Part shown: piece after piece, positions 30,881-40,259 of the stretch
Layout: every line of letters starts with the position of its first letter
How positions within the stretch are numbered: the stretch's first letter is position 1
Assembly: GCA_050015075.1 (NCBI GenBank)
Contig: JBEKCB010000001.1
Span: forward strand, 96,001-160,000
Reading direction: 5' to 3'
DNA: 64,000 bases
From: Candidatus Brocadiia bacterium
Lineage (GTDB): Bacteria; Planctomycetota; Brocadiia; CAIUPP01
Notes under the pieces: generated by a model
Told to the model about the DNA's origin: nothing
Database searches by the model: none
Seen by the model: the letters and a program-made list of their open reading frames with translations, nothing else
Position numbers and translations under genes: made by a program

Positions 30881-31162
30881 CTACCGGGCTATGGTGAATT
30901 CGGAGAATTCGCCTGTGGCGGGGACGCCCCTCTTGTCCACGCTTCGGATATACGGCGCCATCGCGTTGTTCACAGCCGCGATGAACGCGCTCACCTGTTC
31001 CTCCGGACCTTCCGCTACGACCTCAACTCGACCGTCCGCCAGGTTGCGGACGAAACCGGCCATTTCGGGAAAGCGTTCAGCAATGGCAACGCTGGTATAG
31101 CGGAATCCGACGCCCTGCACACGGCCGGAGAAATATGCCTCGATCCTCACCTTCGCAGCCAT
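30881..31162 (-). CDS. acyP: Acylphosphatase
   Basis: SGRVQGVGFRY, GFVRNLADGRVE; 93 aa from ATG 31162. Confidence 0.92.
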   Translation of the reverse strand: MAAKVRIEAYFSGRVQGVGFRYTSVAIAERFPEMAGFVRNLADGRVEVVAEGPEEQVSAFIAAVNNAMAPYIRSVDKRGVPATGEFSEFTIAR

Positions 31163-31316
31163 CTTCGCCTCCCAAGAGCATGACTCTATCAACGCCGGGC
31201 TGTATTTGCAAGCTGGCGACGCGGAAAAATGGTTGCATCTGCCGGCGTCCGTATGTATAGTTAGTCCGGCGTTGCGTGCGTTGCCGGCCAGGTTCAATGG
31301 GTGAAAGGCAGATGTC

Positions 31317-32189
31317 ATGAGCGAGCGAAGACTTGGGCGAGGGCTGGAATCGCTGCTCGGGAATTTGAAAGAAGAGGCGCCTCGCGCTGCGCCTTCGTCC
31401 GGCGGGGTCCAGAGAGTTCCGATTGAGAAGATCCGGGCGAACCCGCAGCAGCCACGCACCGCTTTTGCCGAGCGCGAGTTGTCCGAATTGGCGGAATCCG
31501 TCAGAGCAGTCGGCATCCTTCAGCCGCTGATCGTTCGGCCCGAGGGCGACGGCTACCAGTTGATCGCGGGCGAGCGCCGGCTGCGGGCGGCGAAAATGGC
31601 TGGGCTCGAAACCGTGCCTATTATCGAACGAATCGCGAGCGATGACGAGCTGCTCACGCTGGCCCTTGTCGAGAACCTCCAGCGCGAGGACCTCAACCCC
31701 ATCGAGAAAGCCAAGGGCTTCAAGGAACTCATCGAAAGGCATAACTTGACCCAGGAGGCCGCCGCAAAGCGGCTCGGCAAGGAACGCTCTACGATGGCGA
31801 ATTTCATTCGACTGCTCGATCTCCCGGAGGCGGTCCAGCACATTGTTTCACGTGGAACAATTTCCATGGGACATGCCAGGGCGCTTCTCGGCCTTCCTCA
31901 TCCCTCGATGCAGCAGGCCCTGGCTCTCCGCATCGAGGCCGAAGGCCTGTCCGTCCGGGAAGTCGAGCGCATTGCCATATCCTACCGCACCGAAGAAAAG
32001 AGGCCGAAACGCAAGGAAACCGCCGCGCCCAAGGACGCTCATCTCCGCGACCTGGAGGACCGCGCCCGCCAGCGCCTGGGAACGAAGGTTGATGTCGAGT
32101 ACCAGGACGGCAAAGGCCGGATCACCGTCCACCTGTTTTCCGATGACGACTTCCAGCGCGTCCTGGATGTGCTTGGCATTTCCGGCTGA
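31317..32189 (+). CDS. parB: Chromosome partitioning protein ParB/Spo0J
   Basis: LGRGLESL, NPQQPR, GILQP, IAGERRLRA, ENLQREDLN, HTH, SMGHARALL. Confidence 0.95.
   Translation: MSERRLGRGLESLLGNLKEEAPRAAPSSGGVQRVPIEKIRANPQQPRTAFAERELSELAESVRAVGILQPLIVRPEGDGYQLIAGERRLRAAKMAGLETVPIIERIASDDELLTLALVENLQREDLNPIEKAKGFKELIERHNLTQEAAAKRLGKERSTMANFIRLLDLPEAVQHIVSRGTISMGHARALLGLPHPSMQQALALRIEAEGLSVREVERIAISYRTEEKRPKRKETAAPKDAHLRDLEDRARQRLGTKVDVEYQDGKGRITVHLFSDDDFQRVLDVLGISG
31844..31859. promoter_or_regulatory. parS centromere site inside parB
   Basis: TGTTTCACGTGGAACA matches the canonical chromosomal parS. Confidence 0.85.
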
Positions 32190-32613
32190 CCCAACCAGCG
32201 CAGTGGTTCGTTATATGTTAGTGTTATATGCGCGCCTTTTCGCATGCTATCCTGTCACCTTTGTGAAACCGACTGTGTCCGGGCTGAGACTGGAATCTGT
32301 ATATTTCGGTACCGGATGCACAACGCGATCGTTCGCGCGGTAAAACCGGCGCGGGACCTGGATCTTGGGCGGCGAGAATCGGCGGAACCCGGCGGCCGAG
32401 TTCGGCCGACTCGACTTTGATCCGCTCGGCGGCGAAAAAACTCCGTTCTGCGGCCGAGAGTGGATGCGAACGGAGGAAACTGGTCGCGCGTCCGCGGTCT
32501 TTCGGGGATCGGCTGGCGTATTACCTTGTATTACGCCCCGAATGCAATGCAGCATCCGGGCGGACCGGCCTCGACATGGCCGGTTGCCCATGAGGAGAAA
32601 TTCAACGAGGGTC

Positions 32614-32704
32614 TTTTGACGCGATTCGCCGGATTCACGGGATTCCTGCGCGCGGCAATGGCAGCCGCGGCGACTCGATCCCCTTGATACGGCGATCCTG
32701 TCAA
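32614..32704. repeat. 9-nt periodic palindrome TTGACGGGATT...ATCCTGTCAA (family L), copy 1
   Basis: TTTTGACGCGATTCGCCGGATTCACGGGATT ... ATCCCCTTGATACGGCGATCCTGTCAA. Confidence 0.7.
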
Positions 32705-32724
32705 TGACAGATCGGAGAAACGAG

Positions 32725-33273
32725 ATGACGAAGAAAGCTGAAGCCGTTGAAACCGCGTCCATCGCCGCGCTGAGGCCTCGTCGGCGCCTCGCGCGCCTGG
32801 CGGGATTGGCCTGCGTGCTGCTCGCGCTCCTCTCCTTCGGCGCCTGCTCGATCCTGCCGGCGGAACACGCGACGGACCCGGCCAGGGAGCGAAGCCTCCG
32901 CCTCATCGCGCGAGAGCCGAACCGCCTGACGTTCAAATTCGTCGCCCACTCCAGACCCGGCGCGGCGCCCGTCGGCCTGACGTTCTGGCTTGGCGACAAG
33001 GAGCATACCATTATCAGCTTGTCGGCCGAACGCGGCACCACGGTGCTGGAGTACACGCCCGAAGGGCTTTTCTGGACAACGGAATGGCCGCCGGAAGGGG
33101 TATTCGCAAAAACCGGCCACATGCGCGCCGGCCCGATGCCGCTCAGCGACTTCGCCTTCCGCCCCGATCCGCTGGTGCCGGACGCCGACGGCCGCCTGGC
33201 CATCGCCGACGGCGCCCGGCCGGGCGGACCGAAGGTCACGATTTACCTGAGCATCGCAGACTTTGAACTATGA
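32725..33273 (+). CDS. Hypothetical lipoprotein
   Basis: Hydrophobic segment ending LSFGA|C; GC-rich codon usage; start uncertain. Confidence 0.65.
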   Translation: MTKKAEAVETASIAALRPRRRLARLAGLACVLLALLSFGACSILPAEHATDPARERSLRLIAREPNRLTFKFVAHSRPGAAPVGLTFWLGDKEHTIISLSAERGTTVLEYTPEGLFWTTEWPPEGVFAKTGHMRAGPMPLSDFAFRPDPLVPDADGRLAIADGARPGGPKVTIYLSIADFEL

Positions 33274-33292
33274 TCGAAATTTGACGGGAGAG

Positions 33293-33385
33293 TTTTGACG
33301 GGATTTACCTGATGCACGGGATTTCTGCTAACGGCGACGGTGGCCGACGGGATTTGATCCACTTGATCCTGCGATCCTGTCAAAA
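33293..33385. repeat. Family L palindrome, copy 2
   Basis: TTTTGACGGGATTTACCTGATGCACGGGATT ... ATCCACTTGATCCTGCGATCCTGTCAAAA. Confidence 0.75.
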
Positions 33386-33538
33386 CTGTTATGCCGGACG
33401 AATTCGTGAGGGAAATCGAGGGACAGCAAGCTCGTGGAGCGGTGCTTGACAATGCCTCTGCTCAGGGATAGACTCCGGTTGGCCTAGGCGGGCGCAGCCC
33501 CAAAGGTCGCGCCGGCGGGTGAACTGACGGATACGATA

Positions 33539-33904
33539 ATGCTCGGCACAACATACAGAGTTGCGGATACCTTCGACCGGTCGGAACACGTCGTTCTGTA
33601 CCCCGGAGATTGTCTCGACCTTCTCAGGACGATACGCGATGGCACCATTCAACTGGTAGTCACTTCACCTCCTTACAACATCGGCAAAGAATACGAACAA
33701 CGTCTTGATCTGGAAAACTACCTGGAGCAGCAAGCGAAGGTCATTCGCGAATGCGCACGGACGGTCGCTCCGACCGGAAGCATCTGCTGGCAGGTGGGTA
33801 ATTACGTTGATAAAGGGGCAATTATACCCCTGGCTACGCTGCTTTACACCTTCTTCAGCAAACTCGGCCTAAGAATGAGAAACCGCAGTGCCGAATCCTG
33901 CTAA
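33539..33904 (+). pseudogene. Truncated site-specific DNA (N4-C/N6-A) methyltransferase, beta class
   Basis: GDCLDLL, LVVTSPPYNIGKEYE, GSICWQVGN. Stops after MRNR and lacks the FxGxG SAM-binding motif. Confidence 0.8.
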
Positions 33905-34808
33905 AGTCGCCTTTATAGACGAGTTGAAAAGACGGTTTGGGGCAATCCGTAAGCTGGAGAATAGCCAATCACTCTACGAAGCAGGCGGAGGCCGAGCGCG
34001 CTTATACTTTCGCTACTCCAAGAGACATCCGCGGAATCGCACCTTCTTCGGGCTAAGGAAAGTTGATCTTCAGGCTCTTGAAGGGCACGACGGCATTCTC
34101 TGCTTCTTTTGGGATGGACAGCGGGAACCGCTATTCGTACCCTACGGAGAATTCGAGGACATTTTTGCAGGACTGAGTCCTGCAAGTGATGGTCAGTACA
34201 AAGCGCAAGTGTATGAGGAAGCAGATGGAACGGAGCTCTACATTGCCAACGCTGGCAGATTCAATGTGGAAAGTTATCTCGGTTGGAGCTACCTCGAGTC
34301 GATCATGGGGCCTTCTCCCAATGTATATCCAGAACTGAACCATTTTCAGGTACAGACGCTACTTGGCGCGATAGGTGCCGCAAAAGGGTTCGATATATGG
34401 ATACCGTCGAACGACAGAGCCAATCTCGACTGGGGCCTCACAGGACCGTTTCGGGTATCGAACGCTCTTCCCTCACGTCTACAGCCCGTAAGAGAAGTCG
34501 CTGAAGAAATTGATGTGATTTGGATTGCTCGTGGCGGAGATCGTCCCGCTGCACTTTACGAAGTTGAACATTCGACGCCGATTTATTCTGGCTTATTGCG
34601 ATTCAACGACGTCTTCCTCGTACTTCCGACCGTGCCAATGCGTTACGGAATAGTGTCTAATGATAACCGAAGGTCCCTTTTCGTAAGGCAAATCTCGCGG
34701 CCGACATTCAAGGCAAGCGGGCTAAGGGAGAATTGCACATTTCTTGAATACCGTAACGTATTCGGATGGCACCAAAGGCTGAACACTGGGGGCAATCAAG
34801 GTGAATAA
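33888..34808 (+). CDS. Putative PD-(D/E)xK restriction-endonuclease-like protein
   Basis: C-terminal GFDIWIPSND, EIDVIW, YEVEHSTPIYSGLLRFND; visibly lower GC. Confidence 0.6.
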   Translation: MPNPAKVAFIDELKRRFGAIRKLENSQSLYEAGGGRARLYFRYSKRHPRNRTFFGLRKVDLQALEGHDGILCFFWDGQREPLFVPYGEFEDIFAGLSPASDGQYKAQVYEEADGTELYIANAGRFNVESYLGWSYLESIMGPSPNVYPELNHFQVQTLLGAIGAAKGFDIWIPSNDRANLDWGLTGPFRVSNALPSRLQPVREVAEEIDVIWIARGGDRPAALYEVEHSTPIYSGLLRFNDVFLVLPTVPMRYGIVSNDNRRSLFVRQISRPTFKASGLRENCTFLEYRNVFGWHQRLNTGGNQGE

Positions 34809-35112
34809 GCAAGCCGAAACAGTATATGTGGCGGTCTTCGTAGCGCGCGGATTTGTTTCAGAAATTCGGGCCTACAACGGACCGAGAGCCGCCAGGCGGC
34901 AGGAAAGAGCTTGGCGTCGCAAGATGAACCCTGATTACGATGAAACTGGCTGGGCTTGTGTCAACGTCAGGCAAATGTCCGACGCAAAGCGCCAAAGTGT
35001 GCAAAGAAGAAAGCAGCGTGACGCCGAGTTCCGGGGCGTCATTTGCAGTCAACTGAAAGATTTGAATATGCCGCCCCATAATACCGTCCGCGTAACACTT
35101 CCGCGCGTCTAG
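34801..35112 (+). CDS. Hypothetical protein
   Basis: ORF overlapping the upstream stop within the low-GC islet. Confidence 0.45.
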   Translation: MNKQAETVYVAVFVARGFVSEIRAYNGPRAARRQERAWRRKMNPDYDETGWACVNVRQMSDAKRQSVQRRKQRDAEFRGVICSQLKDLNMPPHNTVRVTLPRV

Positions 35113-35415
35113 TAACAGTGCGCGGTAAGAGAGTACTCTCGATGCTTAACCGGTTCCTCAAGGAAACCTACCAAGTTACGTTTTCGGCTAACGCGTTTAT
35201 AGAATGTCACCGTAAAGAGGAAGCCCTGAGAGAAGTTCTTGAACTGATAGATGAATTGGACAAGTTCCGGTAGAGGTACTTCGCGGGACACAACACATCA
35301 ATTATCCTTGGCGAATTCGCTGAAATGTCGGGGCGGCGCTCGTAAGAAAGGATGAAGGCTGAAGTCGGAAGGATGAAGTTATATCTGAGTAGCACCTGTC
35401 TGCAAGCCACAGCTG

Positions 35416-35613
35416 TCAACCAGCTACCTGGAACTCCATGCTGCGCGCTTCGGCTACGCGGTGAGAGGCATCGAGCACCTCGATTGAAATGAGGTTGCCT
35501 TCGGCATCGTAGTCCAGAATGACGCCGGGCTTGTCCTCGTCGCTTTCCGCCACCGGGCCGGGCTTGAACACCACCGTCAACGTGTCGGTTCGCGCATCGT
35601 AGGTCGCCTTCAT
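35416..35613 (-). CDS. DUF2283 family protein (putative antitoxin)
   Basis: MKATYDARTDTL...GVILDYDAEGNLISIEVLDAS. Confidence 0.85.
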   Translation of the reverse strand: MKATYDARTDTLTVVFKPGPVAESDEDKPGVILDYDAEGNLISIEVLDASHRVAEARSMEFQVAG

Positions 35614-35870
35614 GGCTGGCTCCTGTACTTTTCGATTTTGCGGGTTCGGTAGACCGTGACGACCTCCGGCGGGTGCCGGTCCACGTCCACAAAGACACGG
35701 ACAAGGAAACCGTCGGCGATGGCCTGCGCGACGACGCGGCCGGCGCGCACGGGGAGAATCTGCTCCGGCTTGCTCAGAACCGCGCGAACGGATGCTTCGT
35801 TCAACTGGCGTCTCCGCATCTGTTTGCGCGCGTGATCCGTCAAGACGGCTTCGCGAAGGTCGTTCTCCAC
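35610..35870 (-). CDS. DUF4258 family protein (putative RelE-like toxin)
   Basis: TDHARKQMRRR, RVFVD, VVTVYRT; ATGA overlap with DUF2283. GTG start is inferred. Confidence 0.8.
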   Translation of the reverse strand: MENDLREAVLTDHARKQMRRRQLNEASVRAVLSKPEQILPVRAGRVVAQAIADGFLVRVFVDVDRHPPEVVTVYRTRKIEKYRSQP

Positions 35871-36110
35871 GGCTTGATTATAACACCTTTTCTTCATATG
35901 GCAACTGCTTGAACGGTACTTCGCTGGATAGTTTTGAAGCCGGAAGGCGGAAGGATGAAGCTGAACCTGAGCGGCGGCAGCACAGGCGAGGCGCCTTTGC
36001 CACGCCTCTTGACAATGCCTCTGCGCGCCGATACAGTCGGCTAAGTCGTGCGGGAAATCCCGGTCATCGCCTGACGCCCGCTGCGACCTGCGGAACGGAG
36101 GTCTTCACCG

Positions 36111-36851
36111 ATGATCATTGATTCTCACGCGCATTTGAAGCACGGGGACGCGGGGCATACGGAGTATTTGCCGGGACAGATTATCGCTACGATGGATGCG
36201 GCGGGGATTGATCGGGCGGTGGTGTTCGGGATCTGCACTACGCCGGAGCGCGCGATCGAGATGGCGCGGGCGGCGGCGGAGAGGTTCCCGAAGCGGCTGA
36301 TCCCTTACGCTTACGGGCTGCCCAGCTATTCGGGCGACGTGCTGCGGATGGTCGAGAGGGCTGTGCGCGATTACGGGTTCAAGGGAATTAAGATTCACGC
36401 GGGCGAGTGCACTCTGTCGGATTACGTGAGCGACCCGATTTTCGCGCTGGCCGGCGACCTGGGCGTGCCCTGCTTGGTGGATTGCTGCGGGAACTGCGCG
36501 GCGATGGAGCGGCCGGCGGCCAAGTTCCCTAAGACGCGGTTTATCGTGGCGCACCTGGGCTTGTACCTGGCGACGGACGTGCGGGTGATTGATAGTTTCA
36601 TCGCGATGGCGGAACGGCACGCGAATGTGCTGCTGGACGTGAGCGGGGTGGTGCAGTCGTGGAAGGTTCGCGAGGCGGTGCAGCGGATCGGCTCGTCGCG
36701 GATTGTCTGGGGCACGGACGGGCCGCATCCATGTCCGGATACCGCGACTTTCGCGCGCGACGAACTGGCGAGGGTCCGCGCGCTGGGGCTGGCGCCTGCG
36801 GATGAGGAGGCGGTGCTCGGCGGCTCGATCGCGCGCTTGCTCGGACTATAA
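36111..36851 (+). CDS. Amidohydrolase (Amidohydro_2) family protein
   Basis: IIDSHAH, GFKGIKIH, VAHLG, WGTDGP. Confidence 0.85.
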   Translation: MIIDSHAHLKHGDAGHTEYLPGQIIATMDAAGIDRAVVFGICTTPERAIEMARAAAERFPKRLIPYAYGLPSYSGDVLRMVERAVRDYGFKGIKIHAGECTLSDYVSDPIFALAGDLGVPCLVDCCGNCAAMERPAAKFPKTRFIVAHLGLYLATDVRVIDSFIAMAERHANVLLDVSGVVQSWKVREAVQRIGSSRIVWGTDGPHPCPDTATFARDELARVRALGLAPADEEAVLGGSIARLLGL

Positions 36852-36853
36852 TA

Positions 36854-36886
36854 GAGTGCGGACCGCGGAGTGCGGACTGCGGAGTG
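36854..36886. repeat. Heptamer array (GAGTGCG/GACTGCG)n
   Basis: Reverse complement of the array at 16087-16107. Confidence 0.65.
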
Positions 36887-36907
36887 TAAAATCGGGAGAG
36901 ATAATTG

Positions 36908-38674
36908 ATGCATTGCGCCTTACGAATGCGGGGGATTGTTTTCATGACTCTTGCGTTGTCTGCGGCCGGCCGCGGGTATGCCGATAATCTGGTGAAAGTC
37001 TCGGGGTGGGAGTTGTACCAGAGCGGCGGCGGCGTGGCGGAGATGAAGACGGACGCCGCCGGCGACGCGCTGACCGTGACGATTACGAAGGCGACGTCGC
37101 CGTTCTACCTGATTCAACTGAGCCAGGCGCTGGGCGCGCCGGCGGCGGAAGGGGACCGACTCCGGTTTTCGTTTCGCGCGCGCTCGGCGAGCGGGAATCC
37201 GCTGCGGGCCGTGATCGAGCTGAGCGGTCCGCCGTTTGACGCGGTGACGGATGTCAACGTGACGGCCACGCCCGAATGGCGCGAGTACTCGACGGAGTCC
37301 GAGACGAACCGGGCGTACGAATCCGGCGGCCTGAGCGCGCGCTTGCAGTGCGGCGGGCAGCCCGGCGTCATCGAGTTCGCGGCGCTGCGCGTCGAAAATC
37401 TCGGTCCCGATCCGAAGGCGGCCGCGGCGCGCGCGGCGATCGAACCGGCGGCGGTCGAGGAGCGTATCCGCAAGATCCGGAGCGGAGATATGCGCCTGGT
37501 GGTCCGCGGCGCGGACGGGAAGGCGGTCCCCGGCGCGGACGTCCGCGTGGAGATGACGCGCAGCGAGTTTCTTTTCGGCTGCAATATTTTCATGCTGAAT
37601 CCGTCCAACACGGAGCCGTGGCAGATCGCGTACCAGAAGGAATTCACGGACCTGCTCAACTACGCGACGCTTCCGTTCTACTGGGGAGCGTTTGAGCCGG
37701 AGCGCGGCAAGCCGCAGTACGAACGGCTCGAAGCGATGGCGCGCTGGTGCCGCGATCACGGGATCGAACGGAAAGGGCATCCGCTGGTCTGGCACGAGGT
37801 GTGGCCGAAGTGGGCGCCGACGGGGGCGGATGAGGCGATTCCACTTCTGCGCGAGCGCGTGCTGGCGATCATCCGGCACTATCGCGGACTGATCAGCTAC
37901 TGGGACGTGCTGAACGAGGCGAACAACGCGGTGAACTACGCCGACCGCGCCGGCGAGGGCGCATGGATCAAGCGCGATGGCGCGGCGGCGGTGGTCGCCA
38001 CGGCGCTCGGGTGGGCGCGCGAGGCTGCCGGCTCGGACCACGACACGCTGCTGTACAACGATTTCAATACGGGCGACGCCAACATGCAGCTGCTCGGGCA
38101 GCTCCGGGAACGCAACGCGCTGCCGGACGCGATCGGAATCCAGTCGCACATGCACGACGGCGTCTGGCCGCTGCGCAGCGTGTGGGAGACCTGCGAGCGC
38201 TTCGCGGCTTTCAACCGGCCGATTCATTTCACGGAAACGACGGTGCTGAGTTCGATGAAGAAGCCGAAATCTTACGATGACGTCCCGCGCGGCGACTGGC
38301 CGACGACGCCGGAAGGCGAAGCGGCGCAGGCGGAATATGTCGAGAAGTTTTATGCGCTGCTGTTCAGCCATCCGGCGGTGCAGGCGATCACGTGGTGGGA
38401 TTTCAGCGACCGCGGCGCGTGGCGCAATGCGCCGTCGGGGCTGGTCCGCGAGGACATGTCGCCGAAGCCGGCGTACGAAAAGCTGCACGCGCTGATCCGC
38501 GGAAAGTGGTGGACGAACGCGGGCGGAAAGAGCGATGCGGCCGGGATATTCTCAACGCGCGCGTTCTACGGCGATTATCGGATCGTCGTGACCTCCGCCG
38601 ACGGCCGCCGCGCCGAAACGGCCGCGCATTTTTCGTCCGGTACGCGGGGACCGATCGAGGTGAAGCTGCCGTAA
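36908..38674 (+). CDS. GH10 glycoside hydrolase (xylanase-like) with N-terminal CBM4/9-like domain
   Basis: KGHPLVW, WDVLNE (acid/base), AIGIQSH, IHFTE (nucleophile), ITWWDF, PKPAY. Confidence 0.85.
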   Translation: MHCALRMRGIVFMTLALSAAGRGYADNLVKVSGWELYQSGGGVAEMKTDAAGDALTVTITKATSPFYLIQLSQALGAPAAEGDRLRFSFRARSASGNPLRAVIELSGPPFDAVTDVNVTATPEWREYSTESETNRAYESGGLSARLQCGGQPGVIEFAALRVENLGPDPKAAAARAAIEPAAVEERIRKIRSGDMRLVVRGADGKAVPGADVRVEMTRSEFLFGCNIFMLNPSNTEPWQIAYQKEFTDLLNYATLPFYWGAFEPERGKPQYERLEAMARWCRDHGIERKGHPLVWHEVWPKWAPTGADEAIPLLRERVLAIIRHYRGLISYWDVLNEANNAVNYADRAGEGAWIKRDGAAAVVATALGWAREAAGSDHDTLLYNDFNTGDANMQLLGQLRERNALPDAIGIQSHMHDGVWPLRSVWETCERFAAFNRPIHFTETTVLSSMKKPKSYDDVPRGDWPTTPEGEAAQAEYVEKFYALLFSHPAVQAITWWDFSDRGAWRNAPSGLVREDMSPKPAYEKLHALIRGKWWTNAGGKSDAAGIFSTRAFYGDYRIVVTSADGRRAETAAHFSSGTRGPIEVKLP

Positions 38675-38677
38675 CAG

Positions 38678-38939
38678 TTTTGCCACGGATTACGCGGATT
38701 TACACGGATTACCGGCGGGGAGATTGGAAAAAAGAAACGGCTTTCTGCCACGGATTTCACGGATGGCCACGGATTACCGGCGGCGGACTTGAAAAACGAA
38801 ACGACTTTTGCCGCGGATTTCACGGATGGCCACGGATTACCGGAAAATCAAGGCAACGGCCGGTTCTAGTTTTGCAGTTCGTTGCCGGTAATCCGTGGAA
38901 ATCCGTGTAATCCGTGGCTAAGTTTGCGTTATCCGTGGC
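38678..38939. repeat. 9-nt periodic CCACGGATT palindrome family, three tandem left arms plus inverted arm
   Basis: GCCACGGATTTCACGGATGGCCACGGATTACCGG-like x3 at about 64-bp spacing, then CCGGTAATCCGTGGAAATCCGTGTAATCCGTGGC. Confidence 0.85.
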
Positions 38940-38954
38940 GAGAAAAAACGGAGA

Positions 38955-40259
38955 ATGAACGCTATGTCTGCGAAAGGGCTTGGCTTCAAGGAACGCGCGC
39001 TGACGGAAGATGAGGTGCGGCAGATTTTCACCCGCGCGATTGACGCGGCGGCGCTGCGCGGGAAGCGGGTGGTCTGCCTGCTCCCGGACAGCACGCGCAC
39101 CTGCCCGCTGCCGATGCTGTTCCGGCTAATGTGCGAGACGGCCGGCGCGGTCGCGTCGAAACTCGACTTTATCATCGCGCTCGGCACCCATCCGCCGATG
39201 AGCGACGAGGCGATCAACCTGATGCTGAGAATCCCCGCCGGCGAGCGCAAGACCAAGTTCGGCAAGTTCGGCATCTTCAACCATCGCTGGGACGAGCCGA
39301 AGGAGCTCAAGGTCATCGGCACGATCCCGGCCGACGAGGTGGAGCGCATCTCGCACTGCCTGCTGAAAGAGGACGTGCGCGTGGAGGTCAACCGGCGGCT
39401 GGACGAGTACGACCAGGTCGTCATCATCGGGCCGACGTTCCCGCACGAGGTGATCGGGTTCTCCGGCGGCAACAAGTATTTCTTCCCGGGCATTTCGGGG
39501 CCGGAAGTGCTGAACTTCTTCCACTGGCTCGGGGCGATGATGACGATCCCGGTGATCATCGGCGCGAAGCGCACGCCGGTGCGGCAGGTGGTGGACAAGG
39601 CGGCCGAGTTCATCACGATGCCGAAGCTCTGCTTCAGCCTGGTGATCCACCACGCGGAGATTTACGGCCTGTACGCCGGGACGCCCGAAGAGGCGTACGA
39701 CCGCGCCGCCGATCTCTCGCGGGAGCTGCACATCACGTACGTGCAGAAGCCGTTCCGCCGCGTGCTCTCGTGCGCGCCGGAGATGTACGACGACATCTGG
39801 ACGGCCGGCAAGTGCATGTACAAGCTCGAGCCGGCGCTCGCCGACGGCGCGGAGCTTGTGATCTACGCGCCGCACATCACCGAGGTCTCGTACACGCACG
39901 GCAAAGTGCTCGACCGGATCGGGTATCACGTGCGCGACTATTTCCGGACGCGGATGGGCCTGTTCAAAGAGTATCCGCGCGGCGTGATAGCGCATTCGAC
40001 GCATGTCAAGGGAATCGGCACGTTCAAGGACGGCGTCGAGAAGCCGCGCGTGAACGTGGTCCTGGCGACGCAGATCCCGAAGGAGCGCTGCGAGCGGATC
40101 AACCTGGGCTACCTGGACCCGCGCTCGATCAAGCCGGCCGAGTGGGACGGCCGCGAGTCCGAAGGCGTGGTGCGCATCCCGAAGGCCGGCGAGGTGCTCT
40201 ACCGCCTGGCCGACGGCACCGTCCCGCGGATTCCCGGGGATGACGGGTACGAGCTGTAG
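38955..40259 (+). CDS. Lactate racemase LarA (DUF2088) domain protein
   Basis: PDSTRT, IALGTH, PHEVIGFSGGNK. Confidence 0.8.
   Translation: MNAMSAKGLGFKERALTEDEVRQIFTRAIDAAALRGKRVVCLLPDSTRTCPLPMLFRLMCETAGAVASKLDFIIALGTHPPMSDEAINLMLRIPAGERKTKFGKFGIFNHRWDEPKELKVIGTIPADEVERISHCLLKEDVRVEVNRRLDEYDQVVIIGPTFPHEVIGFSGGNKYFFPGISGPEVLNFFHWLGAMMTIPVIIGAKRTPVRQVVDKAAEFITMPKLCFSLVIHHAEIYGLYAGTPEEAYDRAADLSRELHITYVQKPFRRVLSCAPEMYDDIWTAGKCMYKLEPALADGAELVIYAPHITEVSYTHGKVLDRIGYHVRDYFRTRMGLFKEYPRGVIAHSTHVKGIGTFKDGVEKPRVNVVLATQIPKERCERINLGYLDPRSIKPAEWDGRESEGVVRIPKAGEVLYRLADGTVPRIPGDDGYEL

Noticed and set aside
32205-32235. dif site or oriC (GTTATATG x2, AT-rich)
   Set aside because: Lacks the ATAA-N6-TTAT Xer geometry and has no DnaA boxes.
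36040-36100. Riboswitch in the amidohydrolase leader
   Set aside because: Some pairing potential but no recognisable riboswitch consensus.
38678-38843. Possible CRISPR array (three ~35-bp repeats at ~64-bp spacing)
   Set aside because: The spacers resemble each other, the repeats are degenerate and internally periodic, an inverted arm follows, and there are no cas genes.
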